A stretch of 64,000 nucleotides of DNA from Candidatus Babeliales bacterium (GCA_050250855.1 JBFWNW010000002.1:69925-133924); one strand, 5' to 3'. Shown: positions 8,159 through 18,853, counted from the stretch's first letter. The notes: a model not told the origin generated them from the sequence alone. Numbers and translations are program-made.

Positions 8159-9667
8159 ATGAAAAAAATTTTAATACAAGTAACCCTTTGGCAAACAAAG
8201 GTTGCTATACTCCGGGATGGAGAACTACAGAATATCTATTTTTCATCCCCGGTCAGTGAAAATCTTGAACGTTCATATTTTAAGGGTATTGTTAATAAGG
8301 TACTGCCTGGGATACAAACAGCCTTTGTAGACATCGGGCAACCAAAAGCAGGCTTTTTACATATATCAGAAATTGATCGAGAGCTTGCACTCCAGCGCAT
8401 GAGCTCTACCGTAGATCTTGAAGATTTTAAGGATTCAAAACCTGAGCCTTCTCCATCTCGTCATGGTATGGATATTAGCAAGATATTCAAGGAAAATGAG
8501 AATATCTTAGTACAAGTAAGCAAAGAACCTGTTTATGAAAAAGGGGCTAAACTTACTACCTGCTTTACCATTCCTGGTAGATTTCTTGTTCTTATGCCCA
8601 ATATTCCCCGCATAGCTATTTCTAAAAAAATAGAAGACCGAGAAGAACGCGCACGCCTTAAAGAATTGGTTTTGGCTAATTTACCTGAGGGTATGGGCGC
8701 TATTATACGTACAACTTCAGAAAAACGTTTAGAAAAAGAAATCATTCGCGACCTGCATTACTTAGTTGATATTTGGAATACTATTCTAAAAAAATATCAA
8801 GCTGCAAAACCTACTGAAAAAATTTATGAAGATTTACCATTAGTGCTCAGCATTGTGCGTGATCATCTTGATGAAGATGTAGAAGATGTTGTTATTGATG
8901 ATCAAAGAACACAAGTTGAAGTCTATAAATTTGTAAAAACAATAGCACCAGAATATGCTCAACGCATCCATTATTATGCAGGGCCTCAAGATTTATTTGA
9001 GCGCTTTAATGTTAATAAGCAACTAGAAGAAGCACTTTCTGAAAAAGTTCATCTAAAATCTGGCGGTTCTATTATTGTTGAAACTACACAAGCTATGACC
9101 GTTATTGATGTAAATACTGGTAAATTTATAGGTAAAACAGATTTAGAAGAAACAATACTTAAGACAAATTTAGAAGCTGCTGAAGAAGTTGTACGCCAGT
9201 TGCGCTTGCGCAACATTGGTGGGCTTATTGTTATTGACTTTATTGATATGGCAACGCATGCCCACCGCCAAAAGCTTTTAAAATTTCTAGAGCGCATGCT
9301 TAAAGAGCGTGATAAATTCCAATCTGTGGTACTGAAAGTTTCTGAGTTTGGGCTTATTCAGATGACGCGTAAGCGTTCAGGCAAAACATTGTTGCAGGAA
9401 TTAATGACAACCTGTCCAACCTGTAAAAGTCTTGGTGTTATTAAATCAATCCAAACGCAATGTTATACAATTTTGGAAAAAATAAAAATCGCTTTAGAAA
9501 AAAAGAAAACTGAACCAAAAATAACCCTTGTTCTTAACCATGAAATGTTTGAATACATGACTGGCATAGAATACAACGTTATTCTTGAGCTTGAGAAAAA
9601 ATACAATGCCAAAATTACTCTCGTAAGCGATGAAACCATGCACTTACTAGAGTTTGAGATTCAGTAA
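8159..9667 (+). CDS. rng: Ribonuclease G/E family endoribonuclease
   Basis: N-terminal S1 domain (GIVNKVLPGIQTAFVDIGQPKAGFLHISE) and catalytic core (VIDVNTGKF, GGLIVIDFIDM). 502 aa. Confidence 0.9.
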   Translation: MKKILIQVTLWQTKVAILRDGELQNIYFSSPVSENLERSYFKGIVNKVLPGIQTAFVDIGQPKAGFLHISEIDRELALQRMSSTVDLEDFKDSKPEPSPSRHGMDISKIFKENENILVQVSKEPVYEKGAKLTTCFTIPGRFLVLMPNIPRIAISKKIEDREERARLKELVLANLPEGMGAIIRTTSEKRLEKEIIRDLHYLVDIWNTILKKYQAAKPTEKIYEDLPLVLSIVRDHLDEDVEDVVIDDQRTQVEVYKFVKTIAPEYAQRIHYYAGPQDLFERFNVNKQLEEALSEKVHLKSGGSIIVETTQAMTVIDVNTGKFIGKTDLEETILKTNLEAAEEVVRQLRLRNIGGLIVIDFIDMATHAHRQKLLKFLERMLKERDKFQSVVLKVSEFGLIQMTRKRSGKTLLQELMTTCPTCKSLGVIKSIQTQCYTILEKIKIALEKKKTEPKITLVLNHEMFEYMTGIEYNVILELEKKYNAKITLVSDETMHLLEFEIQ

Positions 9668-9673
9668 TTTTTA

Positions 9674-10519
9674 TTATGGATTTCCATATTTTTTGAATAT
9701 TTTTTCAACAAAAATACGGTTTGATTCTTTAGAAAGCTTTACTGCATGGTTATAATCAGCATTAAGTTTAAACGTTTTTTCTTCATTGCAACGATCAAAA
9801 CCATAGCCTTCCCATAATTTTTCCCAGTTTTCTTTATACTCCAAACAACTGAGAATGGTAGGCAATGCTCCTTCAAGCCAAGCATCATTTTTTCTATAGA
9901 TTTCGCACAGTTCAATAAAATCATCTTTATATACCGCTGGTATATATGCTATATCTGCATATGCATGACAGATGCAATTATCTCCCCAGTTAGCTTTTAA
10001 CATTTCCTTATAGCAATCAGGCGTTTCTTTATAAGCATTCTTTAGTGCTTCATAACCAAATTTTGTTGGCCACCAACAATTAGTAATTGCTCTAATCCCT
10101 TTATTTAAATTAACAGCTTCTCCAATATCATATCTATGCCAATTAACGAATACATGATTAGCGGCCCATATTTTTGATAGATCAAAACGATTATAACGCC
10201 AAACATTCATTAAGCAATCATCGTGACAGAACAAATACCCTTTATAATCAGGAAATCTTTGCATAGCATCACTAAGAGCATAATAACTAAATGCCCCTCG
10301 CTCCTCTTCAATCGCATAAACGTCAGGACACTCACTTGGTCCATAAAAAATTACTTTAGAAAAATAAGGCTCATAGATCTTTTTTAAAAATGAGATTGCT
10401 TCATAATGAGCAAAATTAAAATTTATAATTAAAAGAACATCATCAAACATTTTTCCATAATTAGAAAAAATAATAGTAAAGACAAAAAAATAAACAATTC
10501 TTTTACTAAAAAAAACCAT
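9674..10519 (-). CDS. Hypothetical protein, last gene of the glycan locus; possible glycosyltransferase
   Basis: 281-aa ORF with a hydrophobic N-terminus (IVYFFVFTIIF). I recognised no family motif. Function is guessed from context only. Confidence 0.35.
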   Translation of the reverse strand: MVFFSKRIVYFFVFTIIFSNYGKMFDDVLLIINFNFAHYEAISFLKKIYEPYFSKVIFYGPSECPDVYAIEEERGAFSYYALSDAMQRFPDYKGYLFCHDDCLMNVWRYNRFDLSKIWAANHVFVNWHRYDIGEAVNLNKGIRAITNCWWPTKFGYEALKNAYKETPDCYKEMLKANWGDNCICHAYADIAYIPAVYKDDFIELCEIYRKNDAWLEGALPTILSCLEYKENWEKLWEGYGFDRCNEEKTFKLNADYNHAVKLSKESNRIFVEKIFKKYGNP

Positions 10520-10531
10520 AGGTTTCCCTTT

Positions 10532-11611
10532 CTAGTGTGTTATAGTTTTATAATAGCTATAAGCCTTTTCAAGCATAGCTATTTGCTCCGGTGTAAAAAT
10601 TAACTCTCTTTTGTAATCAGGAATAGTTAATGATAACACGGTATCAATAAAATATTCTGTAGAAAATAGAAATGCCATTTCGCTCTTCAAGTAAGCTTTA
10701 ATATTTTTAATATATTGATCATATTCTTCTTTTTTCATCTTTTTCATAAATTTATATAATTCTCGATTATTTTTAAATTTACGGCGATCAATAAAGCAAC
10801 TTGGCCATACACAATCGGTAATATTTTCTGCACCCCAATAGACTGGTACACAGCCAGAAACTAAACAATCAAAAATTTTTTCTGTAATATAGCCAGGAAC
10901 ATTATTACAATTTTCATAACAAATGCAAAATTTATAATTTTTTAATACTGGGCGTTTATGAGGAACCTTGCCTTTAAATGTCTTAAATTGCGATGCAGGC
11001 CAACCACCTTCACCATAAAAATCAAATTTTTTTCTCCTTTTACTTTTTTTCTCAAAAAAATTAATTACTTCTCTTCGTGCAGAATATAACTGGCCAACTC
11101 CTCCTGACATCTTATAGCTTACTATCATAGTGCACAATTTCTTTTGATCAAAAGAAGGAATATCTTTTTCTATTTCTAATGATGGTTGAGGATAAAAAAA
11201 CTTTAAAGCTTTATCGTTATCAATCATTGCATCAGATAAATATAAAATTTTTTTACAATAAGGCCGATAATCAAAACTATACATTCCTGGCGCAATCAGA
11301 GGCGGTTCAAAAACTCCAAAAATAGATTTTTCTTGCAATGTTTTCGGCAAAAGATCGACATTAGGAGTATTTAAAAAAAAAGCCCCTATACAATTATCAT
11401 CATTATAATCACTAAGCTCTAAACAGCTTGGATGATAACCAAGATTTTTTATGGCTTGTGCAAAATCGTAAAACATCTTCCATCCATTATCGCGACAAGG
11501 GTAATTAGGAATATTTAATATTTCATCAGACAAATTAAAATAAAATACTTTTTCTGTTCCAACTACAGTAAAAAAAGCTAAAAAAACTAATACTCTTATC
11601 TTATTATTCAT
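10532..11611 (-). CDS. GT10-family alpha-1,3/4-fucosyltransferase (copy A1)
   Basis: GT10 signature FCICYENCNNVPGYITEKIFDCLVSGCVPVYWG; compare H. pylori FutA FENS..GYVTEKI...IPIYWG. Signal-like N-terminus. Confidence 0.85.
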   Translation of the reverse strand: MNNKIRVLVFLAFFTVVGTEKVFYFNLSDEILNIPNYPCRDNGWKMFYDFAQAIKNLGYHPSCLELSDYNDDNCIGAFFLNTPNVDLLPKTLQEKSIFGVFEPPLIAPGMYSFDYRPYCKKILYLSDAMIDNDKALKFFYPQPSLEIEKDIPSFDQKKLCTMIVSYKMSGGVGQLYSARREVINFFEKKSKRRKKFDFYGEGGWPASQFKTFKGKVPHKRPVLKNYKFCICYENCNNVPGYITEKIFDCLVSGCVPVYWGAENITDCVWPSCFIDRRKFKNNRELYKFMKKMKKEEYDQYIKNIKAYLKSEMAFLFSTEYFIDTVLSLTIPDYKRELIFTPEQIAMLEKAYSYYKTITH

Positions 11612-11618
11612 ATATTTT

Positions 11619-12467
11619 CTACGCCTTCAAGTAACTATGTTGTAAATGGGGATTAAAAAAAAGAGCCGCGAGCGCAACATTTGATACGCCATGGATAAAA
11701 TGATCACACTTAGAAAGCAACTGTGTTTCAATCAAAACCTGTTCTCCCATTAATGCTCTATTTTTTACTTGTTGGTTCCATATATGTAATCCTGTATCAT
11801 CAAGAGATCGATAGGAGTCATAATAGATCACCTTACCAGGTAATTTCTTTTTTAATTCATCAAGAACTCGTTGATCATCAGTCGCTACCAAAAATTGTGC
11901 TCCCTTATGCTTAGAAGCCTCTTCTATATACTGCTTAAGAGGAATTCGCGGTGCTTCATTATGGTCTGTTCTGCGTACATGAATACCGACCGTCTTTTTA
12001 CCTTGCATATTTTTGTGATAAAAATCATCAATTTTTGCACTAATTTGAGGTTTTATATGTATATATTTTTCTATATATGAGTTAATAAAAGATCTATATT
12101 CATAAGAAAAATTTTGTTCATATCCAATATATCCGCAAGGTATAGCTTGACCATCTGGCGTAACATAATCTTCATGTATTACATCACCAGAATTATACTG
12201 AGCTTCTGAGACGGGATAAAAATAATATTCCCAAATATTATCACTTCCATTATAAGTTCCTGATACTTTATAATAAGCAGGAGCACGGTTCCAATGTACC
12301 ACAAGATCTAGCCCTTTTTCTTCACACCATATAAGATGACTGACTACACCAAATATATTAGAAAAAAGACCTGCCCAGCGACCACCTAAAACATAATGAT
12401 CTTTTGAAAAAGAGAAAAAACTAAAAAATATAATCGACATACAAAGAAAACAAGAATAATTTTTCAT
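11619..12467 (-). CDS. GT23-like (FUT8/NodZ-type) fucosyltransferase (copy B1)
   Basis: GIHVRRTDH ... FLVATDDQRVLDELKKKLP ... GLHIWN ... closely parallels FUT8 IGVHVRRTDK ... VYLATDDPSLLKEAKTKYP ... GLHNRY. Signal-like N-terminus. Confidence 0.75.
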   Translation of the reverse strand: MKNYSCFLCMSIIFFSFFSFSKDHYVLGGRWAGLFSNIFGVVSHLIWCEEKGLDLVVHWNRAPAYYKVSGTYNGSDNIWEYYFYPVSEAQYNSGDVIHEDYVTPDGQAIPCGYIGYEQNFSYEYRSFINSYIEKYIHIKPQISAKIDDFYHKNMQGKKTVGIHVRRTDHNEAPRIPLKQYIEEASKHKGAQFLVATDDQRVLDELKKKLPGKVIYYDSYRSLDDTGLHIWNQQVKNRALMGEQVLIETQLLSKCDHFIHGVSNVALAALFFNPHLQHSYLKA

Positions 12468-12502
12468 TAACTATTTCCTCAACAAAAATCTGTTTTATAG
12501 CT

Positions 12503-13387
12503 CTAAGAAATAACCAAGCCTACCTTAAAATCTTCCGTCATTTTTAAATATATGCTTTTTAATAATGGATTAAAAAACAATGCACCCAAGGAAACATTTG
12601 ATACAGAGTGAATAAAACAATCGCACAAAGAAAGTAGCTTTGATTCTATAAGCACTTGCTCTCCCATAAGAGCTTTATTATCTACTTGTGGGTTCCATAT
12701 ATGCAATCCTTTATTATTTGAAGAACGATACGCATCATAATAAATAACGTTTCCCTTTAGTTTTTGTTTTAAAATATCTAACACTGATTGATCATCGGTC
12801 GCTACTAAAAACTGCACATCTTTAAAAGAATTTGCCACCTGAATATAAGCATTAAGAGGAATGCGTGGCGATTCATAATGATCTGTTCTTCTAACGTGAA
12901 TTCCTATTGTTGCTTTACCTTCCATATTTTTTTTATAAAAATCATTCATTTTTTCAAGAATAGAAGGCTTTATGTGAATATATCTTTGAATATAGGAGTT
13001 AATAAATGATCTATATTCATAAGAAAGATTTTTTTCATATAAATAATATAAACATTCAATAGCTTCTCCATCTGGTGGCGTATAATCTGCGTGCAATTCA
13101 TCACCAAGTTGATAGTGAGCTTCTGAAACAGGATAAAAATAATATTCCCAAATATTATCACTGCCATTATAACCATCACTCATCTTGTAAAAAGAAGGCT
13201 CATCTTTCCAATAAACTACTAAGTCCATTCCCTGTTTTTCACACCAAATGAGATGATTAATGACCCCAAGGATATTTGAAAATAACCCTGTCTGCCGACC
13301 TGTCAAAACATAATAATTATTACTTAAACAAGAAAATGATTGTCCTAAGAAAAAAACTCCTATAATAATTTTTACAAAAAACCGCAT
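12503..13387 (-). CDS. GT23-like (FUT8/NodZ-type) fucosyltransferase (copy B2)
   Basis: Paralogue of 11619..12467: GIHVRRTDHYESPRIPL, FLVATDDQSVLDILKQKL. Confidence 0.75.
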   Translation of the reverse strand: MRFFVKIIIGVFFLGQSFSCLSNNYYVLTGRQTGLFSNILGVINHLIWCEKQGMDLVVYWKDEPSFYKMSDGYNGSDNIWEYYFYPVSEAHYQLGDELHADYTPPDGEAIECLYYLYEKNLSYEYRSFINSYIQRYIHIKPSILEKMNDFYKKNMEGKATIGIHVRRTDHYESPRIPLNAYIQVANSFKDVQFLVATDDQSVLDILKQKLKGNVIYYDAYRSSNNKGLHIWNPQVDNKALMGEQVLIESKLLSLCDCFIHSVSNVSLGALFFNPLLKSIYLKMTEDFKVGLVIS

Positions 13388-13390
13388 AAC

Positions 13391-14461
13391 TTATCCTATT
13401 TTTTTAAACAAAAAAGAACAATAATCCTTTGCCTTTTCAAGGTTAGTTATTTGTTCCGGGTTAAAAATAAGCTCTTTTTTATAATCAGGAACTGTTAATG
13501 ACAAAACTAAATCAATAAAATATTCCATAGAAAATAAAAACGCCATTTCACTCTTTAAATATGCCTTGATATTTTCAATATATTGATCGTATTCCTCTTT
13601 TTTCATATGCTTAATGAAATTGTACAACTCTTGATTATCCTTAAATTTACGCCGATCAATAAAGCAATTTGGCCATACATAATCGGTAATATTTTCTGCA
13701 CCCCAATAAATAGGGACACATCCTGCAACTAAACAATCAAAAATTTTTTCTGTAACATATCCTGGCGCATTGTTGCTATTTTCGTAACATATACAAAACT
13801 TGTAATTTTTGAGCACTGGTCTTTTGTGAGAAACCTTCCCTTTATAGGTTTTAAATGACGCTGGCCATTCAATACCATATACATCAAGCTCTTGGACTCT
13901 TTGAGGATCTGAATCAAAAAAATTAACTACACTAAGACGTTGGGTAAATAATTCTCCAGGCCTTTCTATAAATTTATAGGTTGCAATAAGTGCACATAGT
14001 TTTTTTTCATGAAAATCTGGAATATCCTCTTCAATCTCCAGTGAAGGTTGAGGATAAAAAAATTTAAATCTCGTATTGTTATCAATCTTATTATCCAAGA
14101 GATATAAAGTTCTAAAAGGATAGAAGGTTGTTGTATAATAACCAGGAGCAATAATAGGCGGCTCCCATAATGAGAATAAACATTTTTCAGGAATTAGATT
14201 CGGTGAAATATAATTGGGCAAATTAATAAAAAAAGCACCTGCATAATCTTTTGATCCCAGATAATCAAATTCTTTTACCTCATAACCAAGTTTTTTTGCC
14301 GCCTGAGCTAATTCATAAAAAACTCTATAAGCAGCATCTCTTTGCGGATAAGAAGTATCAGTAAAAGTAACTTCTGGAAGATTTATATAAAAAATCCTTT
14401 GATCAGCTTCACTCAAAAAAACCTGTAATAAAAAAGTAATTCCTAATAAATAGCGCACCAT
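13391..14461 (-). CDS. GT10-family alpha-1,3/4-fucosyltransferase (copy A2)
   Basis: FCICYENSNNAPGYVTEKIFDCLVAGCVPIYWG. The C-terminal half is nearly identical to copy A1. Confidence 0.85.
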   Translation of the reverse strand: MVRYLLGITFLLQVFLSEADQRIFYINLPEVTFTDTSYPQRDAAYRVFYELAQAAKKLGYEVKEFDYLGSKDYAGAFFINLPNYISPNLIPEKCLFSLWEPPIIAPGYYTTTFYPFRTLYLLDNKIDNNTRFKFFYPQPSLEIEEDIPDFHEKKLCALIATYKFIERPGELFTQRLSVVNFFDSDPQRVQELDVYGIEWPASFKTYKGKVSHKRPVLKNYKFCICYENSNNAPGYVTEKIFDCLVAGCVPIYWGAENITDYVWPNCFIDRRKFKDNQELYNFIKHMKKEEYDQYIENIKAYLKSEMAFLFSMEYFIDLVLSLTVPDYKKELIFNPEQITNLEKAKDYCSFLFKKIG

Positions 14462-15933
14462 TATACTATGCCAAAATTATACAGCTTTCTCTTTTGATAT
14501 AGCTGCTGATCATACCTAAAATATTGTGCATTACGCACATATAAAGGATCGTTATGATCAGAACCATCTAAAGGGTAATTATTCTTAATAAGCTGCTCAT
14601 AGAATATTTTTTCTTTACCGAGTGAACGGGCTACTTCAGCCAGTTCATTATCGCAGTAATATGATTTATATTCTGGATAATAAATATATCCAAACCGTTT
14701 ATAATACATTCTGCCTATAATAGGATAAATAACATAGTCTTTAGGATCTCTGCCATCTGAAAAATTAAGGATACCGTCAAAATCAGGAAAATGTTTCAAC
14801 ATTTGACGCACTATAACTACATCATAGTTTTTTACGATAGGTTCAAGATCATCACTTACTACTAAAATAACGTCAAACTTATCAATAAAATCATCGATAT
14901 CTTTATTGTATGCTTCAATTTTTGAACTACTATTGCCAAAGCGATAAGAAAGATTTGGCAAACTATCAAGAATACTTATTACCTTGGCATTATTCATAGT
15001 TGGATCATCTTGATCGCACGTAATTAAAAAATGGTAGGGAATGGTTCCTGATAACATCTCATAGTACTTTTTTAAATATTGGAAAAATTGTACCGGACGA
15101 TAACGCGTTGGAATTTTTATAAGTAGACGAACTAACTGCTCTCTTGACTGCTTGCAAGCATGAAATGCTATAGTATCTATATCTTTTTTATATGCACTAT
15201 AGGGCCTTGGAGGTAAACAATCAACATAAGTACCTTCTTCAATACGGCCCACATCATAGCGCCAATTAATTTTATCTATTCTCGTGCGTGGTGAAACTAC
15301 ATCAGTTTTGCCCAATCGTATACAGCGACTCTCATAACCATCCCACGCAAGTACCGTTTTATATAACATTTTTTGATCAGTGGTCCATCCAATTGCAGTA
15401 TCATGCCATTCTTTAATCTTTTGAGGGATATCCTCTTTTGTGAAAATCTTAAAAATTTCTGCAAAAATTTTACCTTTACCTGCAACATAGCACATAGGAA
15501 TTTCTTTGAATTGTCGTTCAAACTCTTCGCTATCTCGATAAACAACAAAAACATCATCAGCTAAATCTTTAATACGCTCGGTAAAATAATCTCGAGAAAG
15601 AGGTAATAAGTCTATATCAGAAACTATGCAACAATCATTGGGAAATAACAAGGGCAAAAATAAGCGAATACATTGAGCATATAATGACGTTGGTATGCCT
15701 GGAATAGGCTCAAAGCGAATAATGTCACCTAATGATTCATCTATTTCTACACTTTTATCTGCAATTAAAGCTAACGTTGGCCTTATACCAACTACTTCTT
15801 TCCACATCTTGGCAACCAGCGGCCAGTATTCTATATAATTGGGATTTGCATCAGTAGACAAAATAACACGATCAAGCGTTAAAGCTTCTGCTTTAAAAAT
15901 ACATAAAAAAAGTACTACGTATATTCTTCTCAT
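14461..15933 (-). CDS. Hypothetical two-domain protein, possible glycosyltransferase
   Basis: 490-aa ORF with signal-like N-terminus MRRIYVVLFLCIFKAEA and 1-nt overlap with the downstream gene. No family motif recognised with confidence. Confidence 0.4.
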   Translation of the reverse strand: MRRIYVVLFLCIFKAEALTLDRVILSTDANPNYIEYWPLVAKMWKEVVGIRPTLALIADKSVEIDESLGDIIRFEPIPGIPTSLYAQCIRLFLPLLFPNDCCIVSDIDLLPLSRDYFTERIKDLADDVFVVYRDSEEFERQFKEIPMCYVAGKGKIFAEIFKIFTKEDIPQKIKEWHDTAIGWTTDQKMLYKTVLAWDGYESRCIRLGKTDVVSPRTRIDKINWRYDVGRIEEGTYVDCLPPRPYSAYKKDIDTIAFHACKQSREQLVRLLIKIPTRYRPVQFFQYLKKYYEMLSGTIPYHFLITCDQDDPTMNNAKVISILDSLPNLSYRFGNSSSKIEAYNKDIDDFIDKFDVILVVSDDLEPIVKNYDVVIVRQMLKHFPDFDGILNFSDGRDPKDYVIYPIIGRMYYKRFGYIYYPEYKSYYCDNELAEVARSLGKEKIFYEQLIKNNYPLDGSDHNDPLYVRNAQYFRYDQQLYQKRKLYNFGIV

Positions 15934-15943
15934 AGCTATCTCT

Positions 15944-17305
15944 TTATTCAGTACATGAAATTAAACAAATATCTTCTTTGTCTTTGGATAAATCATAAGA
16001 TTGTATAGTTGAAAGTGATAATACAGTATTTCTTTTTACTATCATGCCACATGAATCTGCAGGAGACATAAATTTTACTTGTGAAATAGCTAAACCATCC
16101 CATAGATATGAAGCATTTTGCTGAGAAGAAAAATCTTTTTTGGATAGTATACAGAAATTTGATTTTGTATCATGCATAGCTTCTGCACAAATTTCTCTAT
16201 TTTTTAATGTTTCTAAAGCTTTAACGTCTGTAATAACACAATAATAATCATAATTAACATCTTTTAACCAAAAATCAGGTGATGCATCCTGCGATGGGTT
16301 AATAACAAACGTATAATGAGAGTAAAGAGAAGCTAATTGTTCATAATCATTTTTATGAGATAAGTCTCCACAGCAAATAACGTTTAGATTTTCATTTTTA
16401 TATAAACCTTTAAATGCGCTTAATGTCTCTGCAAGTGTATTTGGATCATTAGCATAGATCAAAAAAGGAATAGATTTTTTTTGATACGATTCTCGATAAG
16501 GTCTTTGTTCAAGGGGTTTGTATGCCGACCGGCTGCTAATAACCTTTCTTAAAAATTGTTGCTTTTCCCAGTTAGTTGCACCATCTGCAATTGGATTATC
16601 TTCATTGTAGCGATATAAAATGTTTGGGTTAAATTTGTAATGATTAATTGCCATCTCTATAATTGGATACACCCAAGAAACGTCCTGTGCCATAGAGAAA
16701 AACATACCTTCATGTAGTAAATCTTTAAGAGCAACTTCTCTAAAAAGCCATGCATACATGCAACGAGGAGGACTAAAATACCAATTTTGACGAATAAGAT
16801 TACGCTGCTTTACCATAGGAGGAATATCACCAGACCATGGTGCATAACCGTTTCTTGTTCCCCAAAAATTACCGTAGGTAAACCAAATAGATTCATCACT
16901 AAACTGTTCATTGATTGATGATAAAACATCTTTTGTAGTAAAGGTATCATCGCCATCCAAAATTACTGCAATTTCATGAGGTTTGCAGAATTTATAAAAG
17001 GCATACACAATATTTCTGAGCGCAAGACCACGAATTTCATTTTTAATAAGAGTAACGCGATGATGTATATCATACTGATCAATAAAAGCCTTTGCATTTG
17101 CATAAGTATTATCAGGAGAACAATCATCTATATAAACAACGCGAAATTTTTCATAATCCTGCATAAGAACTGATGCTAAATTTTCATTGCATACATCTTG
17201 ATTTTTATAAGAAGGAATAATAACAACAATATCATGCTGATATGCTGCTGCTATAGTATATACTCCCCCTACAAAAATTAATCCAAAAAATAGTTTTAAA
17301 TTCAT
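15944..17305 (-). CDS. GT2-family glycosyltransferase with an extra C-terminal domain
   Basis: VVIIPSYKNQD...VVYIDDCSPDNT and DGDD (DXD) motifs. Preferred start MNLKLFF at 17305 forms an ATGA overlap with the upstream stop. An alternative start lies at 17335. Confidence 0.8.
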   Translation of the reverse strand: MNLKLFFGLIFVGGVYTIAAAYQHDIVVIIPSYKNQDVCNENLASVLMQDYEKFRVVYIDDCSPDNTYANAKAFIDQYDIHHRVTLIKNEIRGLALRNIVYAFYKFCKPHEIAVILDGDDTFTTKDVLSSINEQFSDESIWFTYGNFWGTRNGYAPWSGDIPPMVKQRNLIRQNWYFSPPRCMYAWLFREVALKDLLHEGMFFSMAQDVSWVYPIIEMAINHYKFNPNILYRYNEDNPIADGATNWEKQQFLRKVISSRSAYKPLEQRPYRESYQKKSIPFLIYANDPNTLAETLSAFKGLYKNENLNVICCGDLSHKNDYEQLASLYSHYTFVINPSQDASPDFWLKDVNYDYYCVITDVKALETLKNREICAEAMHDTKSNFCILSKKDFSSQQNASYLWDGLAISQVKFMSPADSCGMIVKRNTVLSLSTIQSYDLSKDKEDICLISCTE

Positions 17306-18243
17306 ACACACTTCCTTATTTGCTTTAAGTACCATTGAAAATTTTTAATATCATTTCTTGAACTATAAATATGGGTATTTTCATTAACAAAATCACCTTG
17401 CCAGGTAATATAAAAAGGAATTGAAACCTGATTATAATCCAAAAGCATAGGAACTTTCTGCGTATAGTCTTGTTTATGAATGCAAAGATCTTTTAAATAG
17501 GCTAAAATTCCCAACAACGCTTGTTCATAGCGAGCACAACCAAACCCTTCAGGAGCTGTCCCATCATCAATAAAATTTCTTAAATCTTTGCTCATGTTAT
17601 ATAAGGGAGTAATAAAAAGATCTTGTGCTTTTTGCGCTACACCAATAACACCAGCCATAACTGCCTCTTGTGAAAGTATCCATTGATACTCGGGAGCATC
17701 AAGATTAAATTTATTTCTTACATAACGCGTTGTCTGCCATGCAATGGGATGTCTAAATTTACCATTATCACGCTCATTACCAATAGTAGCTAAAAAATAT
17801 CCTTTGTGCTGTATATATTCAAATAAATCATCAAGAGGACGCAATACCGTTGAGCCTGCATCTATCCATAGAACATAGGGAAATCTTTCTAAAGCCTGTT
17901 TTATAACAACAGGTTTCCATGCAAACCATCCAGGAACCATTCTTCCTGCCTTATTAATTACTACCTGCCTGAGTAAGTCAGGATGCGTTAATTCAACATT
18001 ATAAACTGCTATATTTTGAATAGTTTTAAGAAAAGAAATTTGTTGTTCTTCAAGGCCTAAATCAAAAACAGCAATTTCGTTAATATTGTCATAATTTGTA
18101 GCATGTAATGATCCAATTAAATTTAAAAGCTTAGAAAAATATTTTGCATCACATGCAGTACAATAATACTGAGGAATAGCTTGTAGAAAAGCCATTCCTC
18201 CTAATAAAGCTAACCATACATAAAGAGTCTTTCTTTTTATCAT
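17302..18243 (-). CDS. Nucleotide-diphospho-sugar-transferase-like protein
   Basis: Signal-like N-terminus. FAWKPVVIKQALERFPYVLWIDAGS resembles GT-A families with a W-K-P...D-x-D/S core. Family assignment is uncertain. Confidence 0.45.
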   Translation of the reverse strand: MIKRKTLYVWLALLGGMAFLQAIPQYYCTACDAKYFSKLLNLIGSLHATNYDNINEIAVFDLGLEEQQISFLKTIQNIAVYNVELTHPDLLRQVVINKAGRMVPGWFAWKPVVIKQALERFPYVLWIDAGSTVLRPLDDLFEYIQHKGYFLATIGNERDNGKFRHPIAWQTTRYVRNKFNLDAPEYQWILSQEAVMAGVIGVAQKAQDLFITPLYNMSKDLRNFIDDGTAPEGFGCARYEQALLGILAYLKDLCIHKQDYTQKVPMLLDYNQVSIPFYITWQGDFVNENTHIYSSRNDIKNFQWYLKQIRKCV

Positions 18244-18249
18244 TACTCT

Positions 18250-18840
18250 TTACTCAAAAAATGTACGAATATCTATAGTATCACTGACAATCGTTGTCTG
18301 AATTGCATAACGCAAATAAGTATAACGATATTTGAAAGTTGCAAGAACTGGTTCATACCCATATGCAGGTTCTTCTGTATCATGTACAACAAAAATATCT
18401 GCATTATGGCGCAAACGCTCAATATCAACTCTTCGTCTATCACCAGGACGATGATCAACAAAAACCACTGACCAATAGCGATCTGTTCCTACAGCATCCC
18501 ATAATTCTGGCTTTGGATTCTTTGCCCAATCATCTTCAAAAACAGGAATATAGCTAAAATGATGCCAATCTCGTGCCAAATCTATAAATAAAGAAAGCCA
18601 TCTTTTATCAGTATCTGTTGTAAGAAGAAACCGTTTTGTTACTGAACAAACAGCATGCAAAAGTGGCGTACTATAATCCCCAGATCCAAGTTCTAAAATA
18701 GGCCCTTTAGTATTTGCCACGACCGTCATAAGAGGAGCCATGTGAGTCCCATAATTGCCATCACCAAGACGTCTATTCGCTTCTATAAACTGGCCATTTA
18801 AACTCAATAAAATTATGAATAAAAATAATTTTTTTTGCAT
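18250..18840 (-). CDS. Possible SAM-dependent methyltransferase-like protein
   Basis: ILELGSGDYSTP resembles Rossmann motif I, and VVFVDH / VVHDTE strands follow. Start MQKKLFLFIILL at 18840 avoids overlap with the upstream gene. Confidence 0.35.
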   Translation of the reverse strand: MQKKLFLFIILLSLNGQFIEANRRLGDGNYGTHMAPLMTVVANTKGPILELGSGDYSTPLLHAVCSVTKRFLLTTDTDKRWLSLFIDLARDWHHFSYIPVFEDDWAKNPKPELWDAVGTDRYWSVVFVDHRPGDRRRVDIERLRHNADIFVVHDTEEPAYGYEPVLATFKYRYTYLRYAIQTTIVSDTIDIRTFFE

Positions 18841-18853
18841 ACTATTCCCTCTT

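Noticed and set aside
7977-8198. Upstream 74-codon extension of the OmpA/Pal-like ORF
   Set aside because: It would overlap the rng start and the divergent promoter region. The internal Met gives a textbook lipoprotein signal (LAGC) with its own SD.
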